Source of the DNA: Yuukianura sp. NJ FZ-2021
Lineage: Eukaryota
Length of the DNA stretch: 64,000 bases
Reading direction: 5' to 3'
Assembly (NCBI GenBank): GCA_046563655.1
Contig: CM102285.1
Coordinates: 14,074,001 to 14,138,000 of the forward strand
The position numbers were made by a program, and so were the translations under genes. Positions 9,950 to 24,781 of this stretch are shown here, piece after piece (positions within the stretch are counted from its first letter, which is position 1; every line of letters begins with the position of its first letter). Below the pieces are notes generated by a model, which was not told where the DNA came from, searched no databases, and saw only the letters and a list, made by a program, of their open reading frames with translations.

Positions 9950-12900
9950 ATGGCGAGTTCGAATGCTACTCCGGATAAGGTAAAACAAAATTCAACGTTT
10001 ACTCACTGAGAGACTGACAAGTGAAATTTGTCAAAAACATTTGTAAAGCTCAATTTTGATTTTTGTAGGTTCAAGCAGTTCCGGAGTCTATCAATTTTCC
10101 GGGTGAAGAAGATAAAATCTTGGGGCTGTGGGCTGAACTAGACGTTTTTCAAAACTGCCTACGTCAGTCCGCTGGAAAACCACGCTACTCATTCTACGAT
10201 GGGCCGCCATTTGCAACTGGATTGCCTCATTATGGTCATCTTCTAGCAGGAACCATCAAGGTATTAAGCAAAGATCGAAGTAAATCACGGTCACCTAAGA
10301 AACGTATCAATGGATTGTGATTTTTTGGTCATCAGGACATTGTGACTCGATTCGCTCATCAGAACGGTTTCCACGTTGAGCGACGGTTCGGATGGGACAC
10401 TCACGGTCTGCCGGTAGAATATGAGGTACGTTTTTACACAGAGAATCCAAAAACTTCTGATTTTTTCAGTTTGGTACAAACTTTTCTTTTCACAGATCGA
10501 TAAATCGTTGGGGATCAAGGGACCGGAAGACGTTGCCCGGATGGGGATCAAAGCCTACAACGACGAATGTCGTAAAATTGTCATGCGATATGCTGGAGAG
10601 TGGGAAACCATTGTTTCACGAATGGGAAGATGGATTGATTTCAAGAACGACTATAAAACGCTGTATCCATCGTTCATGGAATCCGTTTGGTGGGTTTTCA
10701 AGCAACTGCATTCCAAAGGACTCGTCTATCGTGGGTTCAAGGTCATGCCATACTCTACTGCTTGTTGCACTCCATTGTCCAACTTTGAAATGAGTCAAAA
10801 CTACAAAGACGTAGTGGATCCTGCCGTCATCGTGTCTTTTCCATTGCTTTCAAGGAATAGCACTGTCAGTCTTCTGGCTTGGACAACTACTCCTTGGACA
10901 TTACCATCGAACTTGGCTCTGTGCGTTCATCCTACGCATAGTTACGTCCATGTCAAGGGTACGAAGTTTTAAAATACAAACTACGATTAAAATCCAACTG
11001 AACTTCGATAATCTTAAGACTTTTTTTTTAAATCACTGGGGTTTAATTTTCTAGAAACATCGAGTGGCAAGGAGTACATCATGATGGAGGCGAGGTTGGA
11101 CGCACTTTTCAAGAAAGAGGATGAGTACACCATTCTGGAGAAGTTTCCTGGAAGCAAGCTAAAAGATGAGAAGTATGAGCCGATACTGCCATACTTCGCT
11201 GAACTGGCAGCACAAGGTGCTTTTCGAGTACTTGTGGACGATTACGTTACGCAGGATTCTGGAACTGGAGTGGTTCATATGGCACCATATTTTGGAGCTG
11301 ACGATTACAGGCAAGCAAAAATTCATCAAATTGAATTCAAAACGTTAACAAAACGAAAATTAATTTTTTAATTTTTTTTTGTTTCATAGGATCTCGTTAG
11401 CCGCTGGTGTGATCCGCAAAGACCAAGAAATGATTTGTCCGGTTGATTCAAAAGGCCATTTTCTTCCGCCCGTGACAGACTTTGTTGGAGTTTATGTCAA
11501 GGATGCTGACAAGGGCATTTGCCATCTTCTGAAGAAAAATGGACGTTTAGTTCATCAATCGACGATCAAGCACAGTTATCCATTTTGTTGGCGCTCTGAC
11601 ACTCCGTTGATCTACAGAGCCATTCCATCTTGGTTCATCCGAGTAGAAACCCTTGTTGATCGACTTCTGGAAAACAATTCAAAAACTTACTGGGTTCCTG
11701 ACTTTGTCAAAGAAAAGAGATTTGGAAACTGGTTGAGAGATGCTAGAGATTGGGCTGTGAGTAGAAATCGATACTGGGGAACTCCTTTGCCCATTTGGAG
11801 TTCAGAAGACGGCGAAGAAGTAGTTGTTATTGGAAGTTTAGAAGAACTGGCAACACTTTCAGGAAAACCGGCACCGGAGGATTTGCATCGAGAAACGGTA
11901 GATGAAATTGTCATTCCATCCAAAACTCCAGGAAATCCGCCGCTCCGAAGAGTTCCGGAAGTGTTTGACTGCTGGTTCGAATCAGGCTCAATGCCTTATG
12001 CTCAGGTCCATTATCCATTTGAACGAAAAGGTGAGCGCCAATTTTCAAAATTCTGATCCAAAATTTCTGAAATTTTGGAATTCAAAATGTTCAACCTTCT
12101 TTTTTGTTTTTAGATGAATTTGAACAGTCGTTTCCGGCTGACTTCATCGCCGAAGGAATTGATCAAACACGCGGTTGGTTTTACACTTTGCTGGTCATTT
12201 CGACAGCACTTTTTGACAAACCGCCGTTCAAGAACCTCGTTGTGAACGGTCTTGTGCTGGCCGGAGATGGACAAAAGATGTCCAAACGGAAGAAGAACTA
12301 TCCGGATCCACTTGATGTCATCACAAAGCATGGAGCAGACGCACTTCGTCTCTATCTCATCAACTCTCCGGTTGTCAAGGCCGAAAATCTACGGTTCCAG
12401 GAACAAGGAGTCAAGGATCTTATCAAAGACGTCTTCTTACCTTGGTAACTTCAACTCAAAATTGAAGATTTTGAACTTCTGGAAAATGAATTTTTTTAAA
12501 TGTCGTTTTTACAACGTAGGTACAATGCCTATCGCTTTTTTGTCCAAAACGTCATTCGAGTTGATGTGGAAGACGGAATTTATCTGCAATATGACGGAGA
12601 ACTGGCGTCGTTTCGAAACCTGCCTCCAGGCGACTGGAACGTGATGGATCGATGGGTTCTATCGGCAGTGCAGTCTCTGGTGGCTTGGTTCCATCAAGAA
12701 ATGGAAGCGTATCGACTGTACACTGTTATTCCACGACTCGTGAAGTTCGTTGATCAGCTGACCAATTGGTACGTTCGGCTCAACAGGAGGAGAATCAAGG
12801 TAAGCTTTGCTTAAATCTTTGACTTTTTTTGAATTTTGAAATTGAATTTCACTTTTTTGAATTTTGTTATAAATTTTTAATTTTTTGGTGAATAGGGAGA

Positions 12901-14100
12901 AGATGGAGACGCCGAAAGCAAGAAGGCGCTGGAAGTACTTTTTACTGTACTGGAAACTTTGAATCGCTTGATGGCTCCGTTCACTCCGTTCATTACTGAG
13001 CACATGTTCCAAAACCTAAGACGTCTCCGTCCAACATCTCCTGGAGATTCCATTCACTATCTGATGCTGCCCAAACCATTGTGCGTTTTTTGAAATTTTG
13101 AAAAAAGTTGGCATTTTGAATGTAAAGTTTGTTTTTATGTATGCAGAGATTGGCTGGTTGATCCTGAAACGGAAGAGGCAGTTGGTGTCATGCAGTCGGT
13201 TATCAATTTGGGACGACTGGCAAGAGACAGAGCCAATTTGCCGATCAAATCGCCATTGGCTGAAGTTATTGTTGTCCATACTGATCAAAATGTGCTGGAT
13301 GAGGCGAGACGACTGGAGAAGTACATTCTGGAAGAACTGAATGTCAGAACACTTACAGTTAGCAAGGACAAGGCAGCATATAATGTCCGACTTTCGGCTG
13401 AGCCGGATCACAAAGCTCTTGGTCAACGATTCAAGAAGGAATTCAAAGCGATTCTGGCTGGAGTGAAGGTAAATGTTGATATAAGAATTTTCGCACAATT
13501 TTTTTGAAAAATTGTAAAATCTTTGTTAAAAAAAAATTTTGATTTTTTTTTATAGGCTCTTGGTAGTGAAGCCCTTGAAGAATGTCTGGAGAAGAACGGA
13601 GTGACAGTTTGTGGCCAGTGGATTGAACTGTCTGAACTTCATGTGAAGTTTGTAGTGGACGAGACATCAAGTTCAAAGGACTTGGAAGTGACATCGTCCG
13701 GTCCACTCCTTGTTATTCTTTCGAAGAAGAGAGACCAGACTCTATTGGATGAAGGAGTTGCCCGGGAAGTCATCAATCGGATGCAAAAACTAAGGAAGAA
13801 GGCTGGACTTGTTCCGACTGATCCAGTCGTGATTCACTACAGTGCTGAAGGAGCCCTGGAAGAAGTCATGGTGTCTCAAAAAGCATTTATCCAGAAGAGC
13901 GTTCGAACGGAACTTATTCCACTCAAAGACGTCCCTGCCGATACAGTTTACATTATAAAAGAAGACTTCAGTGACGTGGGTTTTCATTCTACATACTAAA
14001 CATATTAATTGAACTGCGTACAATTAATCGATTAACCCTTTGTTTCTTGCAGATCAAAGAAATGGGATCGCTAACTGTAGGACTTGTGAGTTCTCGGTAA
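9950..14100 (+). CDS. IARS1: Cytoplasmic isoleucyl-tRNA synthetase, ~12 exons, ~1085 aa
   Basis: [14 protein letters not shown] (HIGH motif), [11 protein letters not shown] editing motif, [26 protein letters not shown] and KMSKR. ATG at 9950, TAA at 14098-14100. Confidence 0.97.
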
Positions 14101-14546
14101 AAGTCATCTTTCAACAGCAGCATCTCAGTTCTGAATTTGTGAATTTAGACTTTAAGTTCGCTCCAGTGCTTGTCTTTTTTGAAATAAATTGAACTCACTT
14201 CATCAAAGCATAGAGATAAAGCTTTTATTTATCTAATCGATTTATTTAAATTAATTAACACTCAAGTTACTCAAGAGGATTTTACCGATATGCAAAAGCA
14301 CATACCTATTTAGCATCTGCGGGGAATCTTTTGAAACGCGAGTCAAAATATTTTGGCGGGCGTAAAAAGTGTACAACATAACATAAAAACTTGTTTACTT
14401 TTCACAAAATCACAATCAATTCACAGTGCGGGATCACCTACGTTATCGGTAAAGTTGATTATCGTCATGATCTAGTAAATTACAGTATTGAATTAGTTGA
14501 AATACATTAATTATTGTTAATTTGTCGCATAAATGAATCGAAGGTG

Positions 14547-17500
14547 ATGCGACGAAGTAAGGCGAAAACGAAAGGACAAGGAGATGGGAATGAATTAGAA
14601 AGTAAGTTTTGTCTACTTTTTGTTTTATCGTCGATTAGATGTTCAGAACGTAAGCTAAATTTCTTGTATTGACCGTGACCTTGGTTTGTTTTCTTTTCCA
14701 GTATTGAAACGAGAACTGTCAAAAGCTCGAGCGAAAGGAGATTTCAAAGAAGTGTCGAACTTACATAACCGGATTGGCATTTTGTATCGAGAGATTTCCC
14801 TTTATGAAGAAGCACTTGAAGAACATGAGGTTATCAAATCATTTGAATCAGAATCTATCTAAGCTTTATCTTCACTTAGCCTACGTTTTGATTGATTTGC
14901 AGGAAGAAGCGATTATCACAAAGAAGTATTTTCCAAACGATGTCCTTGGTCTTGCCGTGGCCCTTCGAGCGAAAGGCGAAGTGTACATTGACATGAAGGA
15001 AGAAGAAAAGGCTCTGCCGCTCATCAAGGAGTTTTTACGTAATTGGTGAAAAATATCCTACGCTTCCGGATGATTTTGTAATTTTGTTGACCTCTGAATA
15101 CAATTTTTCAGGTCTGTCACAATCGGTGGAGAATTTGGTAGAACAACAAAGGGCTCATGTCACCCTTGGTCGCGTATACCTTTCTCTGGCTCTCCGTTTT
15201 CTAGAAGATGGACTGGAAGACAAGAAGATACAGTGCCTCAATAAGGCTGAACGAGAGTTCTTGATTGCCAAAGATCTGGCCAGTAATCCCCAAAAGTATG
15301 ACATATGACAGTCTAAATCTATCTCCTGATGTCGAATGTTTCAAACTGGCACCGTTTTTCATCTGAATTGCAGAATGCGGATATCCGATGCCGAATCTGT
15401 GGAAATGCGGTGCGGCGTCTACATCAATCTTTTCATAGTTCTGGACTGTGCTGGACGTGAAGAAGACAGTATAACTTACCTCCGGAAAGCAGTTGAACTG
15501 GCCGAAACGTATTCCCTTCACGATCTCCTCTTCCGAGCTCACCTTAGTTTTTACGACGTTTATTTCCGGAAGAAACAGTTTGAACAAGCCGTTAACTCTG
15601 CCCATGCAGCTGCCAGTACTGCCAAATTACTTCGAGATCCACAACTGCAGGCTGAGGCTGAAATACTGCAAGCTAAAGCAAACTTTCTCAAGAACCATGT
15701 CGAAAGTGGTGTAAGTGTGCTCAAACGAATACGAAAAGACAGAAAGAAGTTGTCATTTGTTGAAGATGAGCTTGAACCGCTGCTTCGATCGGGTGTTCGG
15801 ATAATTCGTACCGAAGATAAGCTGCACAAGTGTTCCATTCGATCGGAAAAATTGAAACTTTACGAAATCCTTGGTGACAAGTACGTAGAAATTGGAAATT
15901 TTCTTCAAGCAACTGTCAACTATGAACTTGCCCTCAAGGTATGACTTTCTGTAAAAATATTTTCTACAATTTAAACTAATTATCACTATCACAGTAATTA
16001 ACAAGTTTTATACACTTTCCAGACTCTAGAAGAAAGTCACACCGGAAACGACAAGAAGAAGGCTGCACTGCTGTTCTCATTGGCTGAAACGCTGAACGAC
16101 ATGGGGAAATTCAGTGAAGCCAAAAACGTTTATCTGACGGAACTGCGTCTTCACGAAGACTCGAATCCATCGGAAGCTTTCAAAACGCAGACCAGACTGT
16201 GTTCTTTACTGGAGAAAGGAGATTTTCCAGAAGAAGAAGTTTTCCAAGCACATCGCTCTGCACTGAACTTCGCCAAGGACAGTGGAAGTCCAGCCAAAGA
16301 ACTTGTAGCGCTTGACAACTATTCAACATTCCTCAAAAGCAAAAATAGAAGACTGGAGTTGGGTGAGTACAGGTTGACAATTAAAAACAGGAAGCGATTG
16401 AAGTATCGGAAGTACATTTATTTCCATTGAAGTATTGGCAGCATATTGAAGTATTTTTTAACTTTTCAGATAAAGTGCTTAGGCAAGTGGAGAAATTGAA
16501 AGAAAAGTATCCGTTTATCGAAGAAGAGAATTCAGAAAAGACTGATGATGGTGGAAATCACTCTGACGGTGACAGCGGGAGTGAAATTGATCTCAATCAA
16601 CTGACATCCGATGAAGGCGAAAGTGACGATCCAGAAGAAAGTGTCCCAAGGGCTATCACAGTGGCCAAGAGGAAGTTCAGGGTCAACGAAAAAGGCGAAA
16701 CGCCGCTTCACGTATGTCAACTTCAACTTTGTAGAACGAAATGCTACAAACAGGAAACGTTTTTTTACCTGTCCATTTTTGAATTTTTTCCCAGGTTGCC
16801 GCCAAAAAAGGTGATTTGAAAGTAGTATCGCGGTTGCTTCGTCAAGGTCACGATGTCAACCCTCGTGACTCCGCTGGGTGGATTCCACTTCACGAAGCTG
16901 CCAATTTCGGTCACTTAGCCGTTGTAGAAGAACTTATCAAAAATGGAGCTCGGATTAACGATCAACCTGCTGGACCAAATTGTGACAAGATCACTCCTCT
17001 TCACGACTCCGCTGCAAACGGACACCTTGATGTCGTGGACCTCCTTATCCGAAAAGGAGCCAACGTTTTACTCAAAGATGCCAATGGAAACTACCCAATC
17101 GACAGCCTTCTAATCTGCTTCATTCGGAGTAAAAACGATCTGACATCAGAAGAGAAGCAGCGATTCGAAAAGACTTTGGATCTTGTCAAGAACAAAATGG
17201 CTCAAAATGGCAAGATTTACACGAGAGAGCACGAGAAAAGAGCAAGGAAGAAAGCCAAAGAAGGTGACGACGGGACAAGAGATGAACCAAGTTTTTCTGT
17301 CCAAGTTGACAAAGGAGCCAAGATTCCAGTCAAAGCGGTCGTAGATGACTTTGATCCGGATGATGGTGAAGATGCTGTCGATTTGTATTCGAAGACTATG
17401 AAAGGGCTACGTGGCACTGGAAAGAAGCGGGAGGAGGAACTACTGGAATCAACTGGAACAGAGAGAACTTCCAGGAGAACTAAAAGTGCCCAAGCGCTGA

Positions 17501-18861
17501 TTTCAGAAGATGCTTATGTAGATGATGATTGGTTGGACGATGATCTTGGAATGAGAGGCAGAATCAAACGAAAACGGGATGACAGAAGTGACGAAGTGGA
17601 AGTGTTCCCGAGAAGGAAGAAAGAAAACAAGCGCCGTGACGAAGGCGACACGATTGAAGTTGACGACGACGATGTGACCGTGGTTCATGAAGAGCCTGGG
17701 ACCAGAAGAAGTACAAGAAGGACCAAAAGTCAAAAAACGAAGTTCCCTCTAAGGAAAAAACCGTCCAGGGTCCATATCGTTTCAAGTGACAGTGACGACG
17801 ACGACAGTGGTCGAACGGAGCGAAGTGTAATCGCTGATTCTGATCAGGAAGAAGAGATTCGACCTTATTCCAGCCCAATCGCTGGAACTTCTACTGCTTT
17901 ACAAGACGAAGTGATGGGCGTTGACTTCTCATCGCTTATTTCAGATTCAGAAGAAGTACCAGAAATTGCCAGCACATCACACTCCAGCCGTTCACGAGGT
18001 TTTGACACTGACAGAGACAGAGAAGTGGTACAGGTCTCACCGAGACCTTCCACTTTATCTTCAAATGGACCAGCAGTTTCAGTATCATCATCATCATCGT
18101 CTTCTACATCTTTAGTATCTTTCAGTCGTCCGGACATAAGAGTCAAAGATGTCAAAGCTCTGTGCAACTCACTCCAGTGTCAATATACTTTAAAAGAAAT
18201 CAACCTCAGTGGAGCTCTGTTGTTCGACGAAGGAATTAAATCGCTCAAAACGGTACTGCCTACGCTCAAATCGCTGGAAATTCTTGACCTTTCGCTCAAC
18301 GGTGTCACCACTGAGGGTCTCAATCATCTCCGAGACGGTTACAGTAACAAATCAAATCAAATTGTAAGTCATGAAAAAGAGTAAAAGCAAGTGAAAAGTT
18401 GCAATTTTTCAAAAATTACCATTTTAAAAAAAATGCAATTTTTCGAAAACTTTCAGTTTGTTGATTTTTTTTAGAATCATATCGTATCCTTGAATCTCAA
18501 CTACAATCCACTTGGACAAGGCGCTGGACAGTCGCTGACTGAACTTTTAGCACGGTTCGTAAATCTCAAAAAACTGTTTCTGGCTGATGTCGATTTGAGT
18601 CCAAACGCTTTTGGAGATTCAACGCTGCCAGCACTCCTTGCCAGTAAGAAATTTTTATGACATTCACCAGTGAAAAATGATTGTTCTGAACAGATACTTT
18701 AATGCCACATGTTTCCAGAACTGCAACTGGAGGAACTGGATCTTCGGTATAACGAAGTCGGTGAAACTGAAAAGCAAGTGCTGCTGGACTCTGGAGTGTT
18801 TAATCAAATGCAAATCTGGAACAAAAAGAAGTTCGATCCGCAATTTCCATTCAGACTTTGA
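14547..18861 (+). CDS. TONSL: Tonsoku-like protein (TPR, ankyrin, acidic linker, LRR)
   Basis: N-terminal TPRs (EQQRAHVTLGRVY), ankyrin repeats (VNEKGETPLH, GWIPLHEAANFGH, CDKITPLHDSAANGH), DDWLDDDL motif and C-terminal LRRs (LEILDLSLN, LEELDLRYN). TGA at 18859-18861. Confidence 0.9.
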
Positions 18862-18951
18862 AAAATACGGAATCTGTATCTCGGTATCAATGTCAGATAA
18901 AGTATTAATTAAGATCAAAGTATTTAACGAAACCATTGACCTTGCAAATGC

Positions 18952-19830
18952 TTATTTCAGACGAACGATTTGATTGGTTCCTTCATATACTGGCAGATTA
19001 AGGCAGTATTTCTTCTCAATTCCTGGTGGAATGAATCTTCCCCCGAGGAAGTGATGTTGGCCAGTAAAAAATTGGGCACATTTCTTCGGAGCTGAGAGGG
19101 ATATGAGTAAATCCGGCATGAAATTGTATTCGGAATCAGTCGGTGGTCCATCTTCGACGTTCCAGCCACTCGGAATGTCAACAGAAGCCACAGGGGCTCC
19201 TGATCCTCCTCCAGAAGATACTAATTTCATCAATGGTTCATAGGGAGGGCGTACCGGAGGTTTAAAACTGAATCCAAACAGGGCATCCACGACCAATCCA
19301 AACTTCCGATCGCTGGAAAAACGAAGATGTTGTTACATTAAACAGAACATTTGAATTATCAATTAGCAATTGGATACTTGGTACTGGTACCTGAAGTCCT
19401 TGGCATCATAAGAAACGGTGATATCATTCGCAAGTGCTTGGTGGACCAAGTTGACATACAGCGGTTTCGAAGGGACAGTGGACATCAAGAGACTGATATT
19501 CGAAAAACCGAAGTGTTTCAGATGCCGAGCCGCTACGATTCCGTCTCCTCCGTTATTTCCTGGTCCACACACAACAAGTACTGGAGATGACTTGATGCTT
19601 GGATATACTTCTGTAATGGCTGCTGCTACAGATAGTCCAGCCAGTTCCATCAGCTGGTCCACTGAGAATTTGTATTCATTGAACAACTCTTCATCCAATT
19701 GAATTGCTTCTGCCTGTCCAAGGAATCGAGTAGCTCCTGTCGACATGTTAATCCGTCCTGGACTAAAACGTAATGAGGTCAGATGTTTTGTCCAATTGTA
19801 GCAACTGCGTAGAGCTAGAAATGGCAGCAT
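18952..19830 (-). CDS. NAXE: NAD(P)H-hydrate epimerase (YjeF_N), two exons
   Basis: [66 protein letters not shown]. One intron at ~19313-19390. Confidence 0.95.
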
Positions 19831-20528
19831 ATACGTCTGGATGTCGATTTCTTTCCAGTATTCGTCTTCTAAAAACAAAGTATTTGGTAAGCCAAATACG
19901 AAAATGTTCAGATAGATAAATCGTTGAACTTGCATCTAAAGATGAAATTATCTGTGACAATTACTCCGTCTTCCGACTTCCGACTTGTAAGCGACAAACT
20001 ATCACTTCTGAGTTCTGAAGTTCAGAATGTTGACCTGTTTGACCTGCAAAACGAAAAAAAAAAGTAAAAGTTGCTTTATGAAAATTTATATACAATTTAT
20101 ACCTAATATATACACTTATATTGTATTTAGAGCATGTTCAAATGTAATTGTTCTATTGTTAGAAATTCAATTAAAAATTACTTTTGTGTGACCTTTGACC
20201 TTGAAAGTTTAAAAGTAGAGTCTCCCCTCACTTTCAACACGAAACTACAGTTTATACTTTTATCAAAAAAGTTATGTGCTAGGAAACTTTAAAGTGAACG
20301 GCGTCGAATCTTTTACATTAGAAAGCGTCTCATAAATTCTCATAAAATTTTGTTTCAATTAGCAATTTTGTTGCTTTAGTTTATGCATAACTTTTATAAT
20401 TTGTATAATCCTAGTAGTTTTACTATAATTGGACTTCAAAGTGTTTTTTTTAAATTAAAAAAATAAGAATGGAGTACTATGCATCTGTGTACTTTTTTGT
20501 TATGTTTGTGAAAGATGCCGTAAAATGT

Positions 20529-20538
20529 CTATTTTTAG
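20529..20538. promoter_or_regulatory. MEF2 consensus site upstream of muscle actin
   Basis: CTATTTTTAG matches CTA(A/T)4TAG. Chance occurrence is possible in AT-rich DNA. Confidence 0.45.
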
Positions 20539-20723
20539 CCGCCTAGATCCCATTTTTGGTTTTCTGTACAAGAATTTGTTCTTGTGAGTCAATTCCTGTG
20601 TCTGGGTAATCCAAGGGAAAAGATGCAATGATTCCGACAACGTTTCCTTTCTAAGACATTTTGAGCCTTTAGTTTTAGAACAGTCTAACTAGGATTCTAG
20701 AACAGGAGTGGAGCAAGTCCAGT

Positions 20724-20733
20724 CCTTATTTGG
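20724..20733. promoter_or_regulatory. Distal CArG box (SRF site)
   Basis: CCTTATTTGG matches CC(A/T)6GG. Confidence 0.55.
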
Positions 20734-21478
20734 ACTCATTCGTAAGCCAAACAACTCACAAAATGCATCTTCAACACTTAAAAAAAACGGGAGTAAAAAT
20801 AGGACGTAAACGCATCTGCGTTTGGAACTGGAGAAGTCTTTGGCCCATAAAACATCAAAAAAAGGAGAAACAGGAAGTATAATGACCGTCTATCCAATGA
20901 AATGTCATAGGTCAAGAGCCATTTCACACTCAAAGTAACCAAAAACTTAACCACTTGGAGACTAATTAACATTGTGTTTTGCATCGGTCGTACCCTCATG
21001 GATGAATCCTTTCCAATTCCAAGATCTAATTTTTCTGAAATTTTCAAAAAGCAGTCAGTTTTGAATTAATTATCCGGAGTTAACTAATGAAACACAGGGC
21101 TGAAACCCCGGATTTGCAAATCATGCTCAAATGAAAACGAAAAGTTTGAAAAGCGAAAAAATTTCGAAAAATTTTGATTTTGCACTTTGATTTTGACGCT
21201 GATTCAGTTTGGACTCTTGGACCAATTCGGATTTTGGATGTTGTCGAAGCCTTTGTTGTGACTCATGGACATGAATCATGGAAAAACTCTAGTTTCTGAT
21301 TGGTTTAGCCTTATGAAAAGTGGAATTAATTGAAGTAGAAGTTGACTAAAGTTGATTAATCATAAAAGGGCATCATCCGTGGAGTGTTTTGTGGGAGGAG
21401 GAGAGTTAAGCAGTGCTTGTAGTGAGTAGTGGTTCTAAATAGAGGCTTGGGAGGCCAGCGTGTGTTAGCTGTGGATGG

Positions 21479-21567
21479 CCTTATATGGCCAAGGGAGGTT
21501 GGTCGTGCCCTCCTCGGTTATTTTTGTCTCCCGGGTAGCAGTGGAGATCCAGAAGGCATTTAAATAG
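21479..21567 (+). promoter_or_regulatory. Actin proximal promoter: CArG box and TATA-like element
   Basis: CCTTATATGG at 21479-21488 and TTTAAATAG at 21559-21567, followed by a non-coding first exon ending at the donor cag|gtaaac (21643). Confidence 0.7.
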
Positions 21568-21655
21568 ATTCACACCAGGCAATTGGGACCTGATTCGAGA
21601 TCTCTCCGCAGAAGTAGAAGCATCTTCTAACTCTCTCCTCAGGTAAACTACAGTT

Positions 21656-21720
21656 CAGGATAAAGTTAACACAACTCAGGATAAAGTCAGGATAAAGTTC
21701 ACAAAACTGAGGATAAAGTT
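21656..21720 (+). repeat. Short tandem repeat (c/g)aggataaagt, four copies, in the actin 5'UTR intron
   Basis: Four visible copies of aggataaagt. Confidence 0.7.
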
Positions 21721-21931
21721 CAGAACGTTTTGGAAGTATCGAGCTGAAGGCAAGAGGAAACAGGGAGGCCGGGAAGGCAGAAAGTTTTCTGGAGAAAATT
21801 TAGGAAATTTTGAAAATTCCAAAGAATTTTAAAGGAATTCTTGAGAATTTGGAATCCAAAGAGTTGAAGATCAGCGCCCTCTTTGTTTTTGGTTTCAGCA
21901 GTTCGTGGTGTTCAGCGATTCTCCGCAGTAA

Positions 21932-24018
<2,087 letters not shown>

Positions 24019-24781
24019 ATACTTCCAAAAGTCATCAGCGTTGCGCAGGTCACGAGGCAAGGTCACCCAGTGTCTCTTCTTTTTGCAAAAGGTCATTCAT
24101 TACCTCCTCTTGTGTCCCCCATCATCATGTTTTGTGGCCATCAATCATCTTCTCATTATTGTATAGTTATTCTGTTGAATTAACTTACTCCTCCTTGGGA
24201 CATCTCCTTATTAATTGTTAATTACTATCAAATTCAATTAAAATAACAATGGAATTGTGAGACTCGATTTCTTGACCTCCGTGACCTCAAAAATCTGGGT
24301 TTTGTTTTAAAAATTTATTCAAACTTTTCATCTAATCTTAGAATCGCTGCAAGTCTAAAATTCCGGAAAGCAAAAAATTCCAGAGTCAAAATTCCAGAAA
24401 CTCTAAAATTTCAGTAGAAAATGGCAAAACTTTCAGATTTGACACATAGATTTTTTGAGAAAGCTTAAAATTCAAAAAAAAAAATGTATCAATCAAAACC
24501 AGAATTTCGTAAGTTTAAATCTTTCACAAATCTTTTCCATTGATGAATTGGGCTTTTAGAACAACTTTGGTACAGTTTTATGCCAGAATTTTCTGCGTTT
24601 TTTCTATTTTTATTTTTCGGATTTTGAACATTTACATTTTCTACTCCTTTGGTGCTTTCGACTTCAAAGAAAGTTTAAACTTGGCAAACGTTTTGCCATT
24701 AGACGCCAAGATTTTCAAACTTTTGAAAAATAACTGCGTTTTGTTCAACTTTATGAAAAGAATGTTTAGCTCGAGTTGTTT

